A stretch of 64,000 bases of DNA, taken from IMG/VR virus record IMGVR_UViG_3300043093_000048, positions 192,001 to 256,000 of that record. One strand, written 5' to 3'. Below, piece after piece: positions 7,464-18,800 of the stretch. This DNA is from a virus (Duplodnaviria > Caudoviricetes). Position numbers and translations under genes: made by a program. How positions within the stretch are numbered: position 1 is the first letter of the stretch; each line of letters starts with the position of its first letter. The notes under the pieces are model-generated. The model searched no databases. It had not been told where the DNA came from and saw only the letters and a list, made by a program, of their open reading frames with translations.

Positions 7464-10196
7464 CTCAAGAGATGGGTTTAAACTTGAATAAGATTCAATT
7501 GTTTTTAATTCCATTAATTTCTTAGTTAAAATATCTGGATCAACAGTTATCTTGACTGGGTTTTTAGCATGTTTAGAATCTTTATAATGCTTAAATGAAT
7601 CAGCTAATACTTTATAAAGCATAGCAGGTACTTGTTCTGCACCACGAATTCTAAAGTTATTTACATCAGTTGGTTCAGAGAAAGAAATATCTTCTAATAA
7701 TGTATTAGCATATAATAAAACATCATAAACATTAGTAGGTAAATTTAATTCTTCTAGTATATCTTTAGTAATAGGATCTATTAATAAAGAAATTGAGTTA
7801 TGAAATCCCTTTGCAGCATTTCTTGAATTAAACGCATCACCAAAATAATCAATATAAGGATCTGGTGAATTCATATCTGCAAACACTATCTCAGAACAGT
7901 TCATTTCTAATAAACCTGAAAGAAGCATACTGTTTCTTATCTTAGAAGTATCATAATAAAGATAACCATCTTTAAATTTAATTTTACCTAAATCATCTTG
8001 TACACTTAAAGATCTATTGGTAGTTTCAAAAGTATACATGACTTTATATCTATCTAATAAATTTAATAATCCTAATTCATATCCTAATAAAACAGCTAAT
8101 GGAAGTGTTTTATTATTAATTTCCATTCTAGAATATGTTAATTTGATATTAGTTTTAATTTTAGCAGAAGTAATATCTTTAACTTTTTCAGTTGTATTAT
8201 TATAAACTAATTCAACAATCCATGAAGATAAAGTAATATCTAATGGCTCATATTTACTACCATTATATAAATAAATCTTTTTATCAATAATATTTGATAA
8301 AATTAATTTACTTTTATCTTTAGTATACCCTACCATGAAATATTCTTTTTTATCAAAAGTTGCTTTAACAGCAATTTTTTCATTATATAAAGGTTTCTTA
8401 ATATCCATAATATCTTGGATTTCTTGTTGATTAAAAATAAATATATAGTTTTCAATATTTAAACTATATAAATAAGATGAAATATCATTATATTCAGAAC
8501 TTACAGTATATTTACCATTATTCTTTAACGAATTACCAAATTTAAAATCAAAATTAGAACCTTGTTTTTTATATTTTAAAAGATTCTGCTTAGTAAATAA
8601 AGATTTTAAATAAGTAAGCTTTTCACTAAATTTCTGTCCAAATCTTGTTATAAAGTGCTTATTATAGTTTGTAGTAATTTGAACTCTATCTGGTTCTAAT
8701 TTAACAATTGGTAAGAAAACTATCTGTTTCATAATTACCTTTTTAGAACCATTTACATACATAAATTTACCTTCTTTAATTTCTGGCATATTTACTTTAA
8801 ATTTATGCGTAACATTAGTATCATCTTTAAATTCTACTTCAAGGAGCTGTTGCTTGTTCATATCAGTATTATTAGATTTTAAATTAATCTTATTAACATA
8901 TACACCAATATCATTATCATCATTAAATGATTTAAGAACCTTTGCAACATCTTTATTAAATTTTTTTTCCATATAAGTATCATCATAATCTTTTAATGTA
9001 CTTGTAAGGATTTCTTTATTAGTAACGTCTTTAATATTACCATCAGATATTTCTTTAGTATCTATTTTTTTATTTTCATAATTTTCTTTAAGATCTTTTA
9101 AAGAAACATCATTAAACATAATTTTTTCTTGTTGTATTTTTAATTGTTCTGCATTTTTTCTACGATCCCCATCTAATTTATCCTGCTGAACTTTTATTAA
9201 AGTATCTTTAAAAGCTTTATCATTAGTCATTAATTCCATCATTTGTTCTTCAGTCATATCAGTATCTTGATATTCATCAACAACTTCTTCAATCTTTTTA
9301 TCTACTTCAGAAATATTGTCATCATCTTCATTAACAGAAATACCAATTTCTTCAGCCATTTTTTCTTTAATATTATTTTTAGTAATTTCTTTTTCATCAG
9401 CTATAGCATTCTTTGAATTAACTTTTTCTATAAAATTACTTGAAGGAGTATTATTAGATACTTCATTTGTTTCAATACCTTCTTCAGATTTTATAACTTC
9501 TTCTAATTCATCAGAGCTTAATAATAAATGATTAATTCTAATATTGAATTTTTGTTTATTTTTATAAAAATCATCATCTACTGTAAATTTAAAGAATGTT
9601 TTATTCTTAGCTGATAAGAATATAAATTGTACTCCTTTAAAATACTCTAAGAAATAGTCAACTCTTTTCTTAATTGCAGTTACAAAGTAATAAAGAAAAC
9701 TTGTATTATCAGTAGCATCCATTCCATCTACATTAAATACAATAGCTTTATAATCATATTTAAATTCATTATATTTAACATTAATTTCATCAAAGAAATC
9801 TTTCATTTTTACTAAAGGACTCTTTTTAGTAGATTCTTGATTAATTAATAAATAAGGTGTCATATCATAAAATAAATTAAGATTTTTATAACTACTTATA
9901 TTTTGTCTACAAAGTAAATTATAATTTACTTTTTCTAAGAACTCTTTATAATGATTTGACTGATTAACCATTTTTCTTATTTTTTTATTATCTGAAACTA
10001 ATAATCTTTCTCTATAATAGCTTTTATAATAAGCTGGCATAAATATATTTGAATTAATAGTCTCTATAAAATTTTCACTAGTTTTACCAATATGTAGAAT
10101 TAATTGATTCTTTCTTAATTCTTTATTCTCACTTGATAAATTTTTAATAGGCTTCTTTATAAGTTTATAATCTTTATATTTATCTAAAACTATCAT
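7464..10196 (-). CDS. rpoB: RNAP beta N-part, exon 1 (spliced product about 1397 aa, with N-terminal extension)
   Basis: KVNMPEIKEGKFMYVNGSKKVIMKQ, DVNNFRIRGAE (compare DHLGNRRIRSVGE), ends SSLNPSLE at the intron; AGGAGG RBS. Confidence 0.88.
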
Positions 10197-10284
10197 TTAT
10201 TAACCTCCTTAATAAAATTATTTTTATTTTATAAATTTAAATTTTAAAAATTAAATAAATTAAATTATATTTTATCTAGTTTTA

Positions 10285-10296
10285 TAATAAAAAGTT
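10285..10296 (-). promoter_or_regulatory. Putative late-class promoter of the RNAP beta gene
   Basis: AACT-TTTTAT-TA in the divergent intergenic region. Confidence 0.4.
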
Positions 10297-10322
10297 AAAC
10301 AAAAAATTTAAATACAAAAAAT

Positions 10323-10342
10323 AAATATATATTATTTTTGTG
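10323..10342 (+). promoter_or_regulatory. Putative early-class promoter
   Basis: AAATATATATTATTTTTGTG, identical to 44556..44575. Confidence 0.65.
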
Positions 10343-10393
10343 TCAAAGTATAATTTGACAGAAAATTTTATTTTATAACGGAGGTCATATTAA

Positions 10394-10711
10394 ATGATTA
10401 ACTCAAAGTTAAAGAAATTCGCAGAGCAGATGAATCTTAATGTATTGGATAATGAGGAAACTTATTATCTTTCATTGGATGAAATCAGTATCAATGACTA
10501 CTTAAAGAGTCATGTAAAAGAAGATGAAAGTGGTATTTATGCAACAAGTATTAGTACCTCAGATGAAACCCATTCAATTTCATTAATTGAAGATGAAAAT
10601 AAGAATTTCGTTGAAATTAATTTCATTGATAATGAAACTGGAAACTATGTCGTTTATTCATTTAATGATGTAATTAACGAATATGTAGAAGAATTAATCG
10701 TTGAATTTTAA
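10394..10711 (+). CDS. Hypothetical acidic protein
   Basis: ORF with GGAGG RBS downstream of the early motif. Confidence 0.7.
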   Translation: MINSKLKKFAEQMNLNVLDNEETYYLSLDEISINDYLKSHVKEDESGIYATSISTSDETHSISLIEDENKNFVEINFIDNETGNYVVYSFNDVINEYVEELIVEF

Positions 10712-10725
10712 GGAGGAAATTAAAA

Positions 10726-11913
10726 ATGATTAAGAAAACTAGTAAACGCACATTCACTGAAATGATTACAGAAGCCGATACAAACAATAATAAGGAGGAA
10801 ACTAAAATGGCTGGAAAGAGAATCACAAAGAAGGTTACTAGAACAATTGAACCTGTAGTAGACGAAATCGATGTAACAGAAGAAGATGTTATTGAAGTAA
10901 CAAAGCCTGCTAAGACAATTACTAAGAAGCCTAAGACAATCAGCAAGAAGATTGAAATTGATGAAGAAGATGATAATGAAGTAGAAGTAAATAATACTTC
11001 AGAAAATGAAGAAGATGAAGATAATGATATTATTAATAATGAAGAAGGAGATGAAAATTCCTATGATCCAGAAGGTGAAGAAGATAATGAAGAATCTGAA
11101 GGAAACAATGAAAGCGAAGATTCAGATGAAGATTCAGTTAAAGAAGAAGTTGTAATTAATAAGCCTAAGACTACAACAAAGAAAACATCTGAAAAAGAAA
11201 TCAGTAATAAGGAAGAAGATAAGACTGATAAAGTAGATAATAAGCCTAAGCCTAAGACTAAAAATACTGCTAATAAAATTAATAGAGATAAACTTAATGC
11301 TTATAACAGATTAATGGATAATATTAATGAAATCAGTAAGCTTCCTATGGCTGGACCTGAAAGAGGTCGTCGTCTTTATGATGAAGATTTTGAAGATACT
11401 AAAGTTGTTTCAACAAGAAAATCAAGCAAGGAAGAAAACCTTGATAGATTCGTTGAAGCTCTTGAACTCAATGGTTTAGACTATATCTTTGGAAAGGTTT
11501 CTACAGGCATTGGAAAGAGAAGAATTGCTTCTCAGATCTATGAGAGCTTTGAAGAAGCTTTCCTTCGTTCAAGTTTCCTTGATAATAATGGATTTGTATT
11601 CCTTGGTGGTTATATTAACGTAGAACATGTTAATGCAAAGCTCTTTAAGAAATTTAAGGATGGTCCTATGAAGCATGACGTAATGAAGCTTGATCACTAT
11701 AAGATTAATACTGTAAATTGCAATTACAATACTAGTCTTGGAAATAGCTATAAGACAAATGGTTCTTATGATATTTCAATTCCAGTTGATGATAATGAAG
11801 ATGGAACAGCTACTATTGCTGAAGACAATCTCTTCTTCAAGAAGGGTGATGTTGTAACTATTAATGACAAAGGAAAGGTTGTTAAGGTTACTAAGAAGAA
11901 GACAACTAAGTAA
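10726..11913 (+). CDS. Hypothetical protein: acidic/Lys-Thr disordered N-half, possible HU-like C-half (alternative start 10807)
   Basis: AGGAGG RBS before both 10726 and 10807; D/E tracts; RRIASQIYESFEEAF..GFVFLGGYINVEHVNAK loosely resembles HU. Confidence 0.6.
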   Translation: MIKKTSKRTFTEMITEADTNNNKEETKMAGKRITKKVTRTIEPVVDEIDVTEEDVIEVTKPAKTITKKPKTISKKIEIDEEDDNEVEVNNTSENEEDEDNDIINNEEGDENSYDPEGEEDNEESEGNNESEDSDEDSVKEEVVINKPKTTTKKTSEKEISNKEEDKTDKVDNKPKPKTKNTANKINRDKLNAYNRLMDNINEISKLPMAGPERGRRLYDEDFEDTKVVSTRKSSKEENLDRFVEALELNGLDYIFGKVSTGIGKRRIASQIYESFEEAFLRSSFLDNNGFVFLGGYINVEHVNAKLFKKFKDGPMKHDVMKLDHYKINTVNCNYNTSLGNSYKTNGSYDISIPVDDNEDGTATIAEDNLFFKKGDVVTINDKGKVVKVTKKKTTK

Positions 11914-11945
11914 GAATTTATAAATAACAAAAAGTGATAAGATAG

Positions 11946-11982
11946 AAAGGAGAGATTTAAAAATCTCTCCTTTTTATTTTTT
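11946..11982 (+). terminator. Intrinsic terminator
   Basis: AAAGGAGAGATTT/AAATCTCTCCTTT plus a T run. Confidence 0.8.
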
Positions 11983-12000
11983 ACATAGGAGGAAAAATAA

Positions 12001-12744
12001 ATGGCTATTTTTAATATTATTTCAAATAATCAAATTCAGATTAATATGGTTGAGTTCATTAAAGGACAGATTCCAATTAATGAAAAATTTCCTAATCCAA
12101 ATAGAGGAAGTAAATTTGTAAATGTCTTTGACAATATGGTAGGTCAAATTGAAGAAGAGATTTATGAAACTAAAGAAGCTCTACACAAAAATGTAAAGTT
12201 TAAAAGTTCTACTTATCAGACTAATGAATCATTGGAAGAATTTGTTGATTCATTTATGTATATTGGTAGCTTACTTGTAGAAGCTGCTAATTATTTTAAT
12301 GTAGATATTAATGAAATACTTCTTGAAGAAAAGTTAAATTATGTAAATATTTATAATAATTATGTAAAAGATAATCTTAATGATAGATGTATTCCACATG
12401 ATGAATTTCTTTCTCATATTCGTAGAAAAATTTATGATCGTAAATATCATAAAGAAGCTGGACAAGTTCCTGTTAATTATGATACAAAGATTATAGATAG
12501 TATTATCGTAGGTGGATTACTTCCTAGAATAGGAGATAGTGATTCTTCATTCCATAATAAATATCTAGCTTATAAAATTCCAAAGTTTGTTGATAATATG
12601 AATCCTTTTATGCAAGATTTATTTTTCTGCTATGATAATGGATTCTGTAAATCAGATGATGAAAGAATTAAAACTATTCCAAAGAGAATTTCAACTTTAA
12701 ATGATATTATTAATAAAAAGCAGAACTTTATTAGTTCTCTTTAA
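12001..12744 (+). CDS. Putative MazG/dimeric dUTPase-like dNTP pyrophosphohydrolase
   Basis: QIEEEIYETKEA...SLEEFVDSFMY fits the EExxE...EExxD all-alpha NTP-PPase pattern. Confidence 0.5.
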   Translation: MAIFNIISNNQIQINMVEFIKGQIPINEKFPNPNRGSKFVNVFDNMVGQIEEEIYETKEALHKNVKFKSSTYQTNESLEEFVDSFMYIGSLLVEAANYFNVDINEILLEEKLNYVNIYNNYVKDNLNDRCIPHDEFLSHIRRKIYDRKYHKEAGQVPVNYDTKIIDSIIVGGLLPRIGDSDSSFHNKYLAYKIPKFVDNMNPFMQDLFFCYDNGFCKSDDERIKTIPKRISTLNDIINKKQNFISSL

Positions 12745-12752
12745 TTAATATA

Positions 12753-12802
12753 TTATCCCATAAGGCTTAAATTAATAAAGCCTTATGGGATATTTTTTTT
12801 TT
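12753..12802 (+). terminator. Intrinsic terminator
   Basis: TATCCCATAAGGCTT/AAGCCTTATGGGATA plus a T run. Confidence 0.85.
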
Positions 12803-12826
12803 GGTTTTGAGAAATTTCTAATTTTT

Positions 12827-12838
12827 AACAAGCATTTA
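12827..12838 (+). promoter_or_regulatory. Putative late-class promoter AACA-N6-TA
   Basis: AACA-AGCATT-TA upstream of the lysin genes. Confidence 0.5.
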
Positions 12839-12882
12839 TACTTATTTTATATAAATTATTTTAAGAAAGGAAGTGAAATTAA

Positions 12883-15800
12883 ATGGCTGGTTATAAATCT
12901 AGTAAAGAATTGTTAGACAAAGGAAAAAACAATTTAAAAGAAATGTCTGGACAAAATAAAGATTTAAATGAAACTATCGCTAGTTATTCTGAAGAGGAAA
13001 CAAGATTAAATGCTCCTACAAGTTCTAGAATGCAAGCAATAGCTGTTAGTGAAAAATTTATAAGTTCATTACAAGAAACTTCATCTTTAATAGAACAAAC
13101 TAATTCTAGTTTAGTTGGTTTTAAAAGTGCTTTAGAAGGTGTTGCGTCACAAGCTACAACAGCTACAAATTGTTTATTAGCTTCTAACTTAGTAAGCTTA
13201 ACTCAAATTAATAGTGTATTAAGTGCTTTTAGAGCGGATTTCTTAATAAATAGCTCTGGCGGAAAAGCTGATGGTACAGGTTATTATGATAAAAATCTTT
13301 TAACACAATCTTTAAGAGATATTAAAATACAAGATAGGGCTGTATTATCAATATTAAAGTATGTAAATAAAGCTGCTAATTATGCTAATAAATCTTCAAA
13401 TACTGTTAGAAGCCAACTTGGTAATAATACTATGGCTAAAGATGATGATGAATCAAATGGTATTATGGATAAACTACTTGGTGGTTTAACACAAGCAAAA
13501 GGTCTTGCAGGTTTAGGAGCATTTCTACAATTAGCTCCAGGAAAAGGAAAGGTTGGTAAAGCTTTAAATAAAATAGGTGGTAAAGCTGCTAATTTTGCAC
13601 AAGCTGATACATCTAGTATAGGTGGATTACTTGAATCATTAATGTCTGATAAACAAAAAGCACAAATTTTAGATCCTTTAAAATCTCTTGGTATGGATTT
13701 AGGTAATAAAAATGACCCTTTAAGCCAAATGCTCGGAGATTTTATGAAAAAGAATGGTCTTTCTAAATCTAAAAAAGAAAAAGAAAAAGACCCTAAATTA
13801 GTAATGACATCATTAGCTCCTTTTGCAGATGATATTAAAGATATGGTTGAAGTAAAAGTAAAAGCTATGCATGCTAGACCAACTTCAATACCTGATTATG
13901 CAACTCCTGTATGGGTTGTTAATAGTGAAGAACAAACAGACTATGTAAAAAATAAAGATAAAACTAAAGATAAAGAATTAACTAATAAAAGAATTGATGA
14001 AATATTCCAAGGTGTCGCCAATAATACTAAAGATAAATTTGGTAATGATTTATTAACTGCTAACTATGGAGAAAATGGTGTTACATACTCTGGCGTATTA
14101 GCTGATAAATATAGTAAGGGTAAAAAAGCTGTTAATGCTAGAAATGAATTAAATGATAAACAAAAAGCATCACAGAAAAAAGTTTATGACAGAAACCATG
14201 AAGATTCTAGTTGGGTTGATGAAAATGGTAAAATACAAAAAGGTGGAGGAGATTTTAAACAAGCAGCTGAAGAATTTAGTAAAAGCAGAGGTGCTGCTGA
14301 TAACTCTGGTATTTTAGGAGCTGCAGGTAGTTTATTAAGCGGTGATACTGAAGGAGCTTTAAATGTAGCATTACAAAGTATAATGAGCGGTGATGGTATC
14401 TCTGGTGCTTTTGGATATGGTAAAGGTTTATTTAATTTAGGAAAATCTGCTTTTGGTGGCATTAAAGGTTCACATAAAGGTGGTAAAAAGAAAGGAACTG
14501 GTAGTAAACCATATTTAGTACAAGTTCATGATAATGAAAGAATTCTTGGACCAGATAATGTAGCTGAACAAACAGCAATAAATGATACATCTAAAATACT
14601 CGGTATGACAATTGGTATGTTAAACTATGGTATTTCATTAACACAAATGAAAAATCAGTTATTTATTAAATATGTCAATAAAGAGAAATTTTCTCCTGAA
14701 GAATTACAAACTAATAATGAATTATTAGGTGCAGATGCTATTGCACAAATAGGTAAAGTATCTGATGCTTCTGAATATTTAAGAACTATTTCAGATTTAA
14801 AACAAAAATTATCTGGTAAGAAACAAGATAGACAGCTTGCAGAAAGACTAGATGATGGAAAACAAGAAAAAAAGAAATCTTTAAAAGATATAGTTAAAGA
14901 AAAATTAAAAGATGCTGAAAAAAAATTAAAAGATAAAGTTCAAGACTTCTTAGGTCTAAAAGAGGAAGAGGAGAAAAAAGATAAAGAAGATAAAGAGAAA
15001 AAAGTAGATGAGAAAAAAGATGAAATAGACCAACAATCTGATGCAGAAGTCTCTGAATATCAAGAAGAAAAAGCACAAGAAGTAGAAGATCAAAAAGAAG
15101 AAGCTGAAAAAAATGCACAAGCACAAGTTGCTGCAAATCAAGAAAAAATAGATCAACAAGTAGAAGATCAAGAAAAAGCACAAGAACAAGAAGGACAAGC
15201 ACAAGTTGCTGCAAACCAAGAAAGAATAAATCAAGAAGTTAAGCAAAAAATTGAAGAAGATAATGAAAATGCTGAAGAAAAAAAGAAAATAATTGATAAA
15301 TATGAAAATAAAATTAATGAAGTTGAGAAAAAAAGTAAAATGAAAGCTTTAAAAATAAAAATTAAAGGAACTAAAAAAGCATTAAAAGAAAAAATGAAAG
15401 GTGTTAAAGAAGCTTTTGATCTTTCGATGTTAGCTAATATTGATTTAAGTAATCTTAGTATTGATGGTATAAAAGAAATAATAAAAGATAAAATAAATGA
15501 TATTAAAAGAAGTTTAATAAATAAATTAAAAGCAAAAGCTAAAATTATTCTTAAAAGTTTAACAAAGAAAAATCTTATAGAAACTTTAAAAACTGAAAAG
15601 ACTAATTTACTTGAACGTATTAAAGGTATGGCTCATAATGCATCCGATATTATAGAAACTATTGGTACTGGTATGGGTGCAGCAGTAGATGCTTTAGAAG
15701 CAGTTCCTATAGCAGGTCCAGCCTTAAAATTAGCAGCAGGTATTGCCGCAGGTACAGCAGTTGCAGGAATTGGTTTAGCAATTAAAAAAGCTATTGATAA

Positions 15801-18800
15801 AGGTAAAGAAGCTAATGTAAATGCAGATAAAGAAACTAAAAAATTTGAAAAGACAGCAGATAAAGAAAAAAAGAAAGCAGAAAAAGAACAAGAGAAAAAA
15901 GATAAAGAAAAAGAAAAAGAAGAAAATTCTAAAGCTAAAGCTTCAACAACTCAAGAAAAAGAAAAAGATGATAAAGATATAGATAAAACTAAAGATGAAT
16001 TAGATAAATTTAAAACTGATGATGAAAAAAATGGAAAAGCTAAACCTCATAAAAAAGGTGGTTTATTAGGTGCTTTGCTTGGTGGACCAAAAAATGATTT
16101 ATTACATTATTTAAATAAAAATCAAATAAAAGCTTTAGAAACAGGTTCTAAAAGCAAATTTGCTAATTTAATGCTAAAAGATCCTAAAAAAGCAGCAAAT
16201 ATTATATTTATGCTTAATGGTGGACCAATGCTTTTAGGGTTTAAAGATACTAAAACAGAAGATTTAAATAATCTTGAGAGTGTTACAGCTACCAATTCTA
16301 ATTCAAACTCTAGTTCTAGTAGTAAAAATACTATTTGGTCTAAATTAAAAAATAAACTTAGTCAAAAGAAATTACTTTCTGATGATTTAAGTGATGAAGG
16401 ATATTCTGAGAATATTGATACTGCTGCTTTACAATATGAACAAACTAAAAATAGTGCTAATATAATTTCTGCTTTTGCTAGTGGATTAGGTTTTGCAAAA
16501 TTAGAAGATGACTCAGGAACTTCACTATTTACAACAACTATTAGAAAAACAGCACAGCAAGAAGCTTTAACTAAAAACTTAGGAACAGCAACTGCTGCTT
16601 CTACAACTTCAACTGGTACTACTGCTGCTTCTACAACTTCAACTGATGATGATAGTAGCTCTTCAGACAATCGATTTAATGGTAGTAAATATATTGGCTA
16701 TGATGAAGATGGTACTTGGAGTAATAGTACTACTAATAGTGATATTGATAGTAGTGGTTATTTTTCTAAAAGTAATTCTTCATCGTCAAAAACTTTAGTT
16801 ACAAAAATATTAAATAATAACTGGCTTAAATATAAAAATGATAATAATATAACTGATAGTACAACAACTAATGGTAGTTCTTACCCTAGAAAATTTTTAA
16901 ATTCTGAATATGATAAAATGTATACTGCATTTATTAGTGGTGTTCCTTTTAGTGGAACAACTTCTAAAAATTATATGCATTCTAAATTAGCAAGTTCTAT
17001 TAGTGAATCAGATGCTTGGACTGTTCCAGATTCTATTAAAAACTCAGATACAGAAAAAAATGCTGTAAGAGATTATATAAATAAAAAATCTGGAGTTAAA
17101 TATACTAAATATGGTTTAGGTATTTCTGGGTTATATGGATTAGGTGATGAAAATGATGAAGACTTCTTAGATGCTTCAGGATATGCTCTTTCTAAAGGTT
17201 ACAAAGAAAAAGATGGTGGTACTTATCCTCAATTTTTTACTGACTATCTTAAAAAAGATAATATCGAAGTAGAAAATGCTGGAAGTGTTAATAAAATAAA
17301 AAATAGATTAGCTAGTGGTAGTCCAGTAATTCTTATGGGTAAAGATGAATCAGAAAACGGTACAACTCCTTATGGAGCAGAACCTCACTATGTAGTAGCT
17401 ACTGGATATGATGGTAAAAATATTAGAGTAGTTGACTCTGAAAGTACTAATGATTATGATATTTATAATGCTGATAAAGTATTAAGTCATTCATCAATTA
17501 AATTAGGAACTACTAATAGTAAAAAAGGTAAAGGAAGAAAAGTTAGAAGTAAATCTGGAAGAGCTAGAAAAACTTCAAAAAATAAAAAATATGATAATAA
17601 AAGAACAGTTGGTGGTTCTAGAACATATAGTACAACTATAATAAAATCTGCTTCTGATTACGGTACTTCAAGTTCTTCAAAAATTTCTAATAATTATTCA
17701 AAACAAAATAATTCTTCTAGAAGAGTTAGTAATAATAGAAGAAAGAGTTATTTAAAATCAGGAAAAGGAAAATATGGAAGAGGTTATGTTGAACAAATTA
17801 ATGCAAATCCAGAATTATTAAAAGGTGCTCAAGATGGTTGGACTATGTATGGTATCTTAGCATCAGTAACATTAGCACAGTCTATTATTGAATCTGGTTT
17901 TGGTACTTCTAATTTAGCAAAGAATTATCATAACTGGTTTGGACATACTGCTGGATTTGCTAGTGATAAATATATGACTGGTACATATCAAGGATCACAT
18001 GAATGGGCTGTATATGCTTCTGATGGCGACTGCTTTAGAGACCATGCTTATGTATTATCTGGTCAATCAGGTAATACTAGATACATGGCTGCAGTAGGCG
18101 AAGCAGATCCTAGAGCTTCTATTACAGCAATTGAAAATGGTGGTTATTGCGAAGGTGATCCAAATTCTTATATTGATAAAGTAATGAATATTATTGATAG
18201 TTATAATTTAACTCAATTTGATGTAGGCGAGTATAATGGTGTTGCAGCAGGCAGTGGAGCAGTAGTTTATTCTAAGACTTGTTGGACTGGTGACTCACGT
18301 ACAGAACAAATGGCTAATTACTTTAGTGATTTAGAAGTATATGCTACAAAAGGTGGACAAACTATTGATTACTTTAATCAACACTATTCAGAAATTTCTG
18401 ATAAAGAAGGCTATAATATTTTCTGTTGGTATGGTGTAAATGGTGCAACAGCATCTGGAGCACAAAAGACAGCAGAAGCTTATAATAAATTAGCTACTGA
18501 CTTAAAAGGTAAGTCACAAGTATTCGCTGGTACAATCGGTCATTGTCCCAATGGTACAGGAAGTGGTAAAGTAGAAGGCGGTGCAGGGCAATCTATTGAA
18601 ACACAAAATGAAGGTGTTGTTACATTCAATACTGAATTATTACAGAATCTTTCAAGTGATATTATAGTTATTGATACTTATACTTATATTAAAAGTCTTG
18701 AAGATAGTATGGGTGCAGAAGCTATGACTACAGATAACTTACATTATACTAAAGAATGTAGTCAAAAAATTAGAGAATATGTAAATCAACAAATTCAAGC

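Noticed and set aside
10341-10360. TATAAT and TTGACA hexamers as a sigma70 promoter
   Set aside because: Wrong order and spacing; they form the hairpin after the early motif.
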